DNA of 25,240 nucleotides from an uncultured Candidatus Peribacteria bacterium (lineage in GTDB: Bacteria > Patescibacteriota > Gracilibacteria > UBA1369 > 2-02-FULL-48-14): contig CAYHHJ010000001.1 in assembly GCA_964356405.1 (NCBI GenBank), positions 1 through 25,240 of the forward strand, read 5' to 3'. Position 1 is the first letter of the stretch; each line of letters starts with the position of its first letter. Of this stretch, positions 1 to 7,166 are shown piece after piece. The notes below the pieces were generated by a model that was given only the letters and a program-made list of their open reading frames with translations, was not told the origin of the DNA and made no database searches. A program made the translations under genes and the position numbers.

Positions 1-268
1 GGTCAAGGCTTTGCTTCACGGCCTCATTTTTGGACGTCTCACCGGCGGGGATTACAAAGATTTCAGCGAGTAAGCCCTCCTCACGCAGGCGGCCTAGCAG
101 GGCCGTTCCGTGGTGAGATTCCACAGTTGAATCGGTTATCAACGCATAGCGATAGGCAGGTGCTTTTTCTTTCAAAAGCTCAGGAAGTTTTGCGAGCAAA
201 CCTTGCCCCACATAGACTTCAGTAATCTGAGATTTTTCAGCGACGGTGTAGCTTAGATTTGGGTTCAT
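1..268 (-). CDS. aroB: 3-dehydroquinate synthase, N-terminal part (runs off the left edge)
   Basis: Not in the ORF track. Manual translation from ATG at 268 gives MNPNLSYTVAEKSQITEVYVGQGLLAKLPELLKEKAPAYRYALITDSTVESHHG...EIFVIPAGETSKNEAVKQSLD, which contains the AroB ITDxTV and IPAGExSK motifs. The start overlaps the aroF stop (ATGA). Confidence 0.93.
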   Translation of the reverse strand, partial: MNPNLSYTVAEKSQITEVYVGQGLLAKLPELLKEKAPAYRYALITDSTVESHHGTALLGRLREEGLLAEIFVIPAGETSKNEAVKQSLD

Positions 269-1308
269 TTGTTGAGGAAGTTTTTCATTTCAAGAAGTAA
301 GGCTTCGGTGTCCTCCCAACTGATGCATGGATCGGTCACGGAAAGGCCCGCGCGATTCACCGATTCCGGCGTGTGATCTTCGAGCTTTTGATTGCCAGAG
401 AGGAGGAAGCTTTCGAGCATGAATCCTTTTACAAATTGATTCAATTCGGGGTACAGCGCAAGGGTGGAAAGCACCTCACGCACCACATGAATTTGTTGAA
501 GCGGATTTTTTACACCATTGAGTTTGCAGTTGTCGTGACTCGCATCGATCACAATGGCTGGGTTTTTGACGCGAGCTTTTTCGAGGCACTCCTTGGCTTT
601 GTACAAATCTTCCAGGTGATAGTTGGGCTCGGTGAGACCACCGCGAAGCACCAAATGTGCGTAGGGATTTCCTTGCGTTTTCACCTGCATTCCATCGAAT
701 ACGGCGGTGTGGCCGTGTTGAGCGGCGAGCACGCTGTTCACCCCTAGTTCGACGTTTCCGCTGGTGGGATTTTTCATTCCCACGGGACACTCCACGGCAG
801 ATGCAAAAATGCGATGTTCCTGATCCTCGGTACTGCGTGCGCCGATGGCAAGCCAAGAAATGAGTTCGATGAATCCTTTGGCGTTGTTAGTGAAGACCGC
901 TTCGTCTGCAATGGGAAGGCCAAGCTCGATCACTTCAACCATGAGGCGGCGGGCATAGTAGACCCCTGCTTCAATGTCCGGTTCCTCGAAAGGATTGGGT
1001 TGATTCACGGGCCCCAACCAGCCTTTTGTGGTGCGTGGTTTTTGGATGTAAAGACGCATCACCAGTTTGAGACTGTCTTTCACTTTTTCATTCAGTTCCA
1101 CGAGGCGTTTTGCATACTCGATTACGGCTTCATGAGGCCAGGCCGAGCAGGGGCCAACCACCACCAATTTGCGAGAATCTTCCCCCGCGAGTATGGCTTG
1201 AATTTCTTTTCGATCTTGAGCGATTCGTTCGAATGCTTTTTCGGAAAGGGGAGTGGCTTGAATGATGTCTTCAGCCCGGGGTAGATTTTTTTGAATGGAA
1301 TAGCGCAT
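265..1308 (-). CDS. aroF: DAHP synthase, type I-alpha (3-deoxy-7-phosphoheptulonate synthase)
   Basis: Motifs GPCS, KPRT, IGARS, GMKNPTSG, LRGG, DASH, MLES and TDPC; the four metal ligands (C, H, E, D) are present. Confidence 0.95.
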   Translation of the reverse strand: MRYSIQKNLPRAEDIIQATPLSEKAFERIAQDRKEIQAILAGEDSRKLVVVGPCSAWPHEAVIEYAKRLVELNEKVKDSLKLVMRLYIQKPRTTKGWLGPVNQPNPFEEPDIEAGVYYARRLMVEVIELGLPIADEAVFTNNAKGFIELISWLAIGARSTEDQEHRIFASAVECPVGMKNPTSGNVELGVNSVLAAQHGHTAVFDGMQVKTQGNPYAHLVLRGGLTEPNYHLEDLYKAKECLEKARVKNPAIVIDASHDNCKLNGVKNPLQQIHVVREVLSTLALYPELNQFVKGFMLESFLLSGNQKLEDHTPESVNRAGLSVTDPCISWEDTEALLLEMKNFLNK

Positions 1309-1317
1309 AGATGAAAG

Positions 1318-2085
1318 TTAAGAGTTGAGAAGGGTTTCCCACAGGCGAATTTGTTCCAAAGCCTGTGCTTTAAACATAGTGAGTCCGGATCGGGTTTCGG
1401 CGCCCGCAGCTTTGGCTTCGCGAAGCAGGCGCGTTTCCTCAGGATTATAAATAATATCAAAGACTACTTGGCCAGGGTGCAGGAAGCTTGCGTCGATAGG
1501 AGTTTGATCTACTTCGGGAGCGAGCCCCAGTGGGGTGGCATTGATTAGTACGTCAAAAGTTTGGGTGGCCAAATCAGCATCCTCAATGGCGGTACCGCCA
1601 AAGTGATTAACCAAATCTTCTGCACGTTCACGATTGCGATTTAAACAGAATAGTTCCCCACCTTCATCGTTCACAAATGCGGCGACAGGTTTTGCAACAC
1701 CTCCAGCGCCCAGGAGTAAAACCCGTTTTCCTTTGAGTGGTAGGCCTTCTAGGGCGACTGAAATGCCAAGGTAGTCGGTGTTATATCCAAGGAGTTTCCC
1801 GTCTTTTTGGAGTACCGTGTTGACACTTTGGAGCCTCTCTGCCAGTGGGTCTATTTCATCCAAAAAAGGAAGGATGCTTTCTTTGAAAGGAAGGGTTACG
1901 GCAGTGAGACCAATCTTTAAAGTGCGCAGAGTTTGGACCAATGCGAACAGGTCTTCGTTTTCGAAAGCGAGTAGCACGGCATCGAGGCTGCGCCGTGCAT
2001 ACTCAGCATTGTGAAAAGAGGGGCTGAGGCTGTGGCTCAAAGGAAATCCAATGACCGCATTGAGTTTGGTTTTACCGGTGATCAT
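1318..2085 (-). CDS. aroE: Shikimate dehydrogenase
   Basis: Motifs IGFPLSHSLSP, VTLPFK, SVNT, NTD, GAGG, NRNRERA, NATPLG and DIIYNP; lies within the aro operon. Confidence 0.95.
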   Translation of the reverse strand: MITGKTKLNAVIGFPLSHSLSPSFHNAEYARRSLDAVLLAFENEDLFALVQTLRTLKIGLTAVTLPFKESILPFLDEIDPLAERLQSVNTVLQKDGKLLGYNTDYLGISVALEGLPLKGKRVLLLGAGGVAKPVAAFVNDEGGELFCLNRNRERAEDLVNHFGGTAIEDADLATQTFDVLINATPLGLAPEVDQTPIDASFLHPGQVVFDIIYNPEETRLLREAKAAGAETRSGLTMFKAQALEQIRLWETLLNS

Positions 2086-2513
2086 AGTTGTGAGACTAAA
2101 AAGGTGAGCGCTTCTTCATAAGACTGAATTTGTTTGCCGTAGAATTGTTTTAAACAGGCAGGTTCCGTGACCGAAATGGCTCGCCAAGGTTCTCTGTTTT
2201 TGACGTCTGAGAGATGCACTTCAACGCAGGGTACGCCGCTGTCTATGAGTGAATCGTGGAGTGCATAGCTGGAGTGAGTGAGAGCGCCGGGATTGATCAA
2301 AATACCCACTGCATTTCCGGATTTTTCTTGGATCCAATCAATGAGGCTACCCTCGTGGTTTGACTGAAAACATTCAAGTTCATAGCCTAGTTCTTCGGCT
2401 CGTTTGTGCAACTGCGCTTCGAGTTCTGGAAGCGTTAAGCTTCCATAGTGAGCAGGGTCGCGCTTCCCTAGCTGGTTTAAGTTTGGCCCGTGAATGAGAA
2501 GTATTTTTGTCAT
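2082..2513 (-). CDS. aroQ: Type II 3-dehydroquinate dehydratase
   Basis: Motifs HGPNLNQLGKRDPAHYG, FQSNHEG, INPGALTH and EVHLS...RE; ATGA overlaps with both neighbours. Confidence 0.96.
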   Translation of the reverse strand: MTKILLIHGPNLNQLGKRDPAHYGSLTLPELEAQLHKRAEELGYELECFQSNHEGSLIDWIQEKSGNAVGILINPGALTHSSYALHDSLIDSGVPCVEVHLSDVKNREPWRAISVTEPACLKQFYGKQIQSYEEALTFLVSQL

Positions 2514-3043
2514 TGGGTGAGGTTCAAGTGAGTAAGGACTTCTTCGGTCAGAGAGTCTATGGAGCCCTCGTTTTTTACTGTGATTTTGGCTAAGCGGTCA
2601 AACACAGGTATCCGTTCCGCCCACAGTTCCTGGAATTGGTCAAAAGCATCTTCTTCTTGTGAGAAAAAGGCTGGCTTTCCGTTGATCATGATGCGTTCAA
2701 AAACGATGCTTCGAGGTGCCGCCACGTGGACAAGTTCATGTCCTTGCAAGAGTATTTGATTCTGCTCCATGAGTGGAGTTCCACCACCCAAGGCTAGGAC
2801 GAGTGGAACTTCACCGGCGAGAATTTCCGTCAACGCTTCGCTTTCCAATCCTCTGAAAAACGCTTCTCCATGCTTGTGAAGAATCTCACGGCAGCTTTCT
2901 TCTTGCCCGCATTGTTTAGAGTGCAGGCGTACGATTTCAGCGTCCAAATCTACGAAGGGTCGCTTGAGTCGAATGGAGAGGTTTTCACCAAGGAGAGATT
3001 TCCCCGCGTGTTTGAACCCGATAAGAACTAGATGAGAAGACAT
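2510..3043 (-). CDS. aroK: Shikimate kinase
   Basis: Walker A GFKHAGKS, plus DLD, GEAFFRGLE and ALGGG motifs; operon context. Confidence 0.92.
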   Translation of the reverse strand: MSSHLVLIGFKHAGKSLLGENLSIRLKRPFVDLDAEIVRLHSKQCGQEESCREILHKHGEAFFRGLESEALTEILAGEVPLVLALGGGTPLMEQNQILLQGHELVHVAAPRSIVFERIMINGKPAFFSQEEDAFDQFQELWAERIPVFDRLAKITVKNEGSIDSLTEEVLTHLNLTQ

Positions 3044-3053
3044 GGGGCGTAAG

Positions 3054-4337
3054 TTAATCGAAGTAAAGTGTCGCGGTGAGTGCTTTTAAATGATCTCCAA
3101 AGAGGGGGTAAGTCTTACGGAGTCCTTCGGCGGTGTCAATAACGGTTTCGCCGTCGGCTAAAAGTCCGGCCAAAGCCAGGGCCATGATGGTACGGTGGTC
3201 GTTAAAGCCCTGTACCTTTGCTCCATGCAAGGGGGAGGGGTGAATGACGAGGCCGTCTGCAAGTTCTTCGATGTGTGCCCCCATGGCCTGTAAGCCCGCC
3301 GTTATCGAGTGGAGCCGATCCGTTTCTTTGAATCGAGCCTGGGGAACGTTTAAAATTCGAGTCACTCCTTCCGCCTGAGTTCCTAGCACGGCAAGGGTGG
3401 GGACTAAGTCTGGGATATCGTTGGCGTCGATGTCGAGCCCTTTTAATGAGGCTTTGTGAACACGAATGTTGTGTGAAGAAATAGATAGTTTTGCGCCCAT
3501 TTTTTCCAAAATGCTCAGAAGGCGTCGGTCTCCTTGCAGATCTTTTGAGTCCAATCCTTCAAGGTTTATTTCGCCGTCGAACAGGGCACCTGCTGCCAAG
3601 AATGTGGAGGCGGAGGAGTAGTCGCCCGGAACATAGTAATCGATGGGTGAATAGACCCGTCCAGCTCTTAAATGAAAGTGATCAACGCTCCCCTCGCGAA
3701 TGTGCTCAAATCGGATGTTTTGTGAGCTCAGCCACTCCAAGGTGAGGTCTAGGTAAGGGCGTTCGTTGAGATTCTCGACGTGAAGTTCTACGTCACTTTC
3801 GGCGTAGAGGCCGGAAAGCAAAAGGGCGGAAATGAATTGAGAAGTGAGACCGTTCACTAGGGTTGAACCACCTTTGAGCGGGCCACGTATCGCGATAGGC
3901 CACGTCGAAGAATCAATGTGACAGCCCAAATCAGAAAGGTTCTTTAGCAAATCTTGAAGGGGGCGCTTTCGCATTTGTTCATCGGCGTTTATTTGCATGA
4001 GCAGCGCGCCTTCGGTCAAAGCCAAAATGGGAAGTACGAAGCGGGTAGTGATGCCGGAGTTGGCCGTCCACACGGTATTTTTTAGCGGTCGCAAAGGAAA
4101 ACCCCGGCTCTCCACACGGATGCAGTTTTCGTGACAAGTGGCCGTTTCAATCTTGGCTCCCAAATCTTTACAAACAGTGAGTGCCGCTGAAACATCTTCA
4201 GATTCAGGAAGAAAATGAAGGGTGGATACGCCCTTTGCCAGGGTAGCCACAAGCAGAGCCCTCACGCTTTGGGATTTTGAGCCCGGAATGCGTAAGGTTC
4301 CGTTGAGTGCGGTGCTGGGAAGAACGTGTAGGTTCAT
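3054..4337 (-). CDS. aroA: EPSP synthase (3-phosphoshikimate 1-carboxyvinyltransferase)
   Basis: Motifs PGSKS, SQFISALL, DxSSA, QGD, DIPD, RFKETDR, DHR and KTYP. I chose the ATG at 4337 over the track's TTG at 4343, which lies in the attenuator U-tract. Confidence 0.96.
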   Translation of the reverse strand: MNLHVLPSTALNGTLRIPGSKSQSVRALLVATLAKGVSTLHFLPESEDVSAALTVCKDLGAKIETATCHENCIRVESRGFPLRPLKNTVWTANSGITTRFVLPILALTEGALLMQINADEQMRKRPLQDLLKNLSDLGCHIDSSTWPIAIRGPLKGGSTLVNGLTSQFISALLLSGLYAESDVELHVENLNERPYLDLTLEWLSSQNIRFEHIREGSVDHFHLRAGRVYSPIDYYVPGDYSSASTFLAAGALFDGEINLEGLDSKDLQGDRRLLSILEKMGAKLSISSHNIRVHKASLKGLDIDANDIPDLVPTLAVLGTQAEGVTRILNVPQARFKETDRLHSITAGLQAMGAHIEELADGLVIHPSPLHGAKVQGFNDHRTIMALALAGLLADGETVIDTAEGLRKTYPLFGDHLKALTATLYFD

Positions 4338-4366
4338 AAACAAAAAGTCCCCGCGAGTGCGAGGCC
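4338..4366 (-). terminator. Attenuator terminator (3:4 hairpin plus U-tract) directly upstream of the aroA start
   Basis: The minus strand reads GGCCTCGC-ACTC-GCGGGGAC-TTTTTGTTT-ATG: a GC-rich stem (one GU pair, one mismatch), a 4-nt loop and a U-rich tail. Confidence 0.8.
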
Positions 4367-4415
4367 AAGAGGGTAAATATTACACACTTCTTAGAGGCCT
4401 CGCTGGTGGGCGAAG
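4359..4415 (-). promoter_or_regulatory. Alternative attenuator helices: 1:2 protector and 2:3 antiterminator
   Basis: Segment 2 GCGAGGCC (4403-4396) is the exact reverse complement of segment 3 GGCCTCGC (4366-4359), which is the terminator 5' arm. Segment 1 CTTCGC (4415-4410) pairs with GCGAGG (4403-4398) across a 6-nt loop. Confidence 0.78.
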
Positions 4416-4450
4416 AATTTAAAGCTGCTAAAGAAGTAAGTGTGTGTCAT
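4391..4450 (-). CDS. Phe-rich attenuator leader peptide MTHTYFFSSFKFFAHQRGL (PheL-like, 19 aa)
   Basis: Manual translation from ATG 4450 to TAA 4391: five Phe and one Tyr in residues 5-13. The 3' end of the ORF overlaps segments 1 and 2 of the attenuator. Confidence 0.85.
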   Translation of the reverse strand: MTHTYFFSSFKFFAHQRGL

Positions 4451-4462
4451 GTAAGTGAAGAA

Positions 4463-4492
4463 AGCCTACTCCCATCTTGAAAAGGCTGTCAA
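4463..4492 (-). promoter_or_regulatory. Sigma70-type promoter for the leader and aro operon
   Basis: TTGACA (4492-4487), an 18-nt spacer, then TAGGCT (4468-4463), ending 12 nt before the leader ATG. Confidence 0.6.
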
Positions 4493-4542
4493 CGCTTTAC
4501 AGTAGGGCGATTTTTGATTAAAAGGGAACCGTACAGTTTAAA

Positions 4543-5799
4543 ATGTCTTTTATGCAAAACATTGAAATCATGGCTCCGGTGGGGTCTTTTGAAGCCCTTG
4601 CGGCGGCAATTCATGCTGGATGCGACAGCATTTACTTTGGGATGGAGCAGCTTAATATGCGAGCCAGAGCTTCCCATAATTTTACTCTGGAGGAGCTGAA
4701 AGAAGTGACTCAAACGTGTAGGGAGCACGGGGTTCGCTCGTACCTCACGATGAATACGTTGCTGTACCAGCACGATCTGATTTTGATGCGCAAAATTCTG
4801 GATGCGGCTAAGGAGGCGGAAGTGTCTGCGGTCATCATCCAAGACATTGCGGCCATTCAGTATGCTAAGTCGATTGGACTGTCCATTCATGCGTCTACAC
4901 AGCTTTCCATTTCTAACTACGAAGCCGTGAAGTTTTATGCACAGTTTGCAGATACCATTGTGCTTGCCCGCGAAGTGGACATGGACATGATGCGTGAGAT
5001 TTGTGCGAACATAGAAAAAGATCAACTCAAGGGTCCGGCCGGCGAGCTCATTCGCATCGAAGTGTTTGTGCATGGGGCGCTTTGCATAGCGCAAAGTGGA
5101 CGTTGCCAAATGAGCCTTATCACCAACAATACTTCAGCACAGCGTGGAGCCTGCCTTCAAGAATGCCGTAAAAAATATCGAGTGATTGATGAGGAAACCG
5201 GGACTGAGATGGTGATCGACAACGAGTATGTGCTCAGTCCCACGGATTTATGCTGTTTGCCTTTTTTGGATAAGCTTGCCGCTACGGGTGTTTCCGTTTT
5301 TAAGATTGAAGGCCGTGGGAAAAGTGCTGACTATGTGAGCAAGGTGGTTCAGGTTTATCGTGAGGCACGTGACGCCATTTTGGAAGGGAGCTTTGGCCAA
5401 GAGAAGGTGGAGAAGTGGATGGAAACTTTGAAAAGTGTGTATAATCGCGGGTTTTCGGAAGGCTACTATTTGGGCCGCAAGCTCCCGGAGTGGAGCGGAT
5501 TTCCCAGGAACAAATCAACGGATGAAAAGATCTATGTTGGCGACGTTAGTCACTATTTTCCTAAGGTTAAAGTTGCGGAAATTAATACTTTGGCGCACGA
5601 AATAAAGAAGGGTGATCGTTTTGTGATCATGGGAAAAACAACCGGTGCCGTGTTTGGAGAAGTTCAGTGTTTGGTGAAGGATGACGTTGAAGTGGAGGAG
5701 TCTGGCAAAAAATGTCTGGTGACCCTACCTTTGGATGAAACAGTTCGTAAAAATGACAAGGTTTATCTCCTCAAATCTCGTGCCATCAATGTCCTTTAA
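4543..5799 (+). CDS. Peptidase U32 family Fe-S hydroxylase (TrhP/PrtC-like), with C-terminal U32_C domain
   Basis: N-terminal APVGSFEAL...AGCDSIYFG; E173-x3-H177, then C181-x6-C188-x15-C204-x3-C208; also HASTQ, VLARE, KIEGR and YNRGF motifs. Confidence 0.93.
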   Translation: MSFMQNIEIMAPVGSFEALAAAIHAGCDSIYFGMEQLNMRARASHNFTLEELKEVTQTCREHGVRSYLTMNTLLYQHDLILMRKILDAAKEAEVSAVIIQDIAAIQYAKSIGLSIHASTQLSISNYEAVKFYAQFADTIVLAREVDMDMMREICANIEKDQLKGPAGELIRIEVFVHGALCIAQSGRCQMSLITNNTSAQRGACLQECRKKYRVIDEETGTEMVIDNEYVLSPTDLCCLPFLDKLAATGVSVFKIEGRGKSADYVSKVVQVYREARDAILEGSFGQEKVEKWMETLKSVYNRGFSEGYYLGRKLPEWSGFPRNKSTDEKIYVGDVSHYFPKVKVAEINTLAHEIKKGDRFVIMGKTTGAVFGEVQCLVKDDVEVEESGKKCLVTLPLDETVRKNDKVYLLKSRAINVL

Positions 5800-6022
5800 G
5801 ATCGTTCATTTTCGTAAAGACTGTATTGGCTGCAACTCCTGCGTGAACATTGCTCCTCAGTCTTGGACGATGGATGAAAAAGAAGGGAAAGCCTCGCTCG
5901 TGGGAGGAAAACAAAAACGAGACGTGTTTGTTGGGGAAGCTTTTGACTGTGACTTAGAGGACAATAGGCGTGCCGCTGAGGCTTGCCCAATGCGGATCAT
6001 TCAGATCAATTCTAAACCATGA
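5789..6022 (+). CDS. Single-cluster [4Fe-4S]-type ferredoxin (77 aa)
   Basis: C12-x2-C15-x2-C18 plus a distal C66-P. The start is placed at ATG 5789, overlapping the U32 stop by 11 nt; the track start at 5735 lies deep in the U32 gene. Confidence 0.9.
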   Translation: MSFKIVHFRKDCIGCNSCVNIAPQSWTMDEKEGKASLVGGKQKRDVFVGEAFDCDLEDNRRAAEACPMRIIQINSKP

Positions 6023-6915
6023 AGAAGCACAAACAGGAAAAACTAGGTGAGTGGTTTGGATTCGGCACGGTTCTTATGTATGCCTTTTGGCCGATTGGCG
6101 CAAATTTTTTCGCCAAGCAAATGCCGCCCATGCAATTTTTGGCGTACATCACTCTACTGGGCGCGGTGCCGATGCTGATTTCCACTTTGTATCTTGGACA
6201 ATTCAAGCAGCTTTTTCATGCGAAGACGCTTGCCACTTTACTGCTCTACACCATTTTGCTGGCGGTGATTCCGTACATGATTATTACCTACGCCACGCAA
6301 TTCACCAGCGCTATAGACACCGGATTTTTAACCCAGACAGAGGGAATTTATGGAGCTGTTTTGGGCTGGCTGATTTTTAAAGAAAGTATTGGTAGAAATA
6401 AAGTTCTTGGGTTTGGATTCATTTTTCTGGCGAATTTTCTGCTCATTTATAATGGAGGGGTGGAGTTCAGTTGGGCAAATGTGGCGATTGCTATTGCTCC
6501 GGTGAGCTTTGTGCTGGGGAATATTTTGGCAAAGAACTTGCAGAAGGAAAACCTAGGTTGGGCGCCGCTTTTGCTGTTTAGAAATGGGGTAGGAGGGCTG
6601 ATTATTCTGTTCATGGCCGTGCTGATGGAGGACGTGGCCGTTCCTCCTTCGCATTTGATTTGGCCGATTCTTTTACTGGGGCTAATCGTGTTTGGTATTG
6701 AGAAGATTTTTTGGCAGCTTGCCTTGCACCGGCTCGATCTTTCTAAGGCGACGGCCATTGTGATTACCTCACCGGTTTTCACCTTTGTGCTGGCCTATTT
6801 TTTCCTGAGTGAAGTGCCGGACGTGTATCAGTGGATGGCCTTTGTTTTCACGCTGATTGGAATTGGATTTATTTTGAAAACCCACTCCAAACAATGGATA
6901 CAAGTGGAGCAGTAG
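6019..6915 (+). CDS. DMT/EamA family transporter (about 10 TM helices)
   Basis: Two EamA-like halves (LGWLIFKE... and LAYFFLSEVP...Q, with DLSKATAI...SPVFT); ATGA overlap with the ferredoxin. Confidence 0.88.
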   Translation: MKKHKQEKLGEWFGFGTVLMYAFWPIGANFFAKQMPPMQFLAYITLLGAVPMLISTLYLGQFKQLFHAKTLATLLLYTILLAVIPYMIITYATQFTSAIDTGFLTQTEGIYGAVLGWLIFKESIGRNKVLGFGFIFLANFLLIYNGGVEFSWANVAIAIAPVSFVLGNILAKNLQKENLGWAPLLLFRNGVGGLIILFMAVLMEDVAVPPSHLIWPILLLGLIVFGIEKIFWQLALHRLDLSKATAIVITSPVFTFVLAYFFLSEVPDVYQWMAFVFTLIGIGFILKTHSKQWIQVEQ

Positions 6916-7166
6916 TTTGGTCCGTTTACGTGCTGAGGTGTAAGGACGGCAGCCTTTACACGGGTTCGACGAATAACCTGGGAAAGCGCGTGCACGCGCA
7001 CAATCATTTGAAGAGCGCGGCTAAATATACCCGGGCACGGAGGCCTGTGGAGTTGGTGTATAAAGAAAACTGCGCGACTCTGGCGGAGGCACGCAGTCGG
7101 GAGGCCGCTATTAAGCGCCTCACACGTGAAGAGAAACTGGCTTTAATTACTTCGTGTGCCTTTTAA
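6894..7166 (+). CDS. GIY-YIG nuclease family protein (YhbQ/YazA, UPF0213-like)
   Basis: Motifs VYVLRCKDGSLYTG, R..AHN, AKYTRARRPVELVY.E and A..RE..IK. The start is placed at ATG 6894. Confidence 0.9.
   Translation: MDTSGAVVWSVYVLRCKDGSLYTGSTNNLGKRVHAHNHLKSAAKYTRARRPVELVYKENCATLAEARSREAAIKRLTREEKLALITSCAF

Noticed and set aside
4378-4388. The 11-mer TATTACACACT, shared with 25206-25216 in the TA promoter
   Set aside because: Here it sits in the loop between attenuator segments 2 and 3, and two AT-rich copies are too few to claim a shared regulator.
4428-4475. A second small ORF in the aro leader (MGVGFLHLHDTHLLL)
   Set aside because: Its ATG lies in the promoter spacer, upstream of the predicted transcription start, and it has no relation to the helices.
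4477-4537. Promoter candidates for the U32 operon (TTGAAA-N15-TACAGT; TACAGT 5 nt before ATG 4543)
   Set aside because: The spacing is suboptimal or the -35 is missing, so I cannot choose between them from sequence alone.
4338-4542. T-box or metabolite riboswitch upstream of aroA
   Set aside because: There is no T-box consensus or specifier stem, and the leader-peptide attenuator explains the region.
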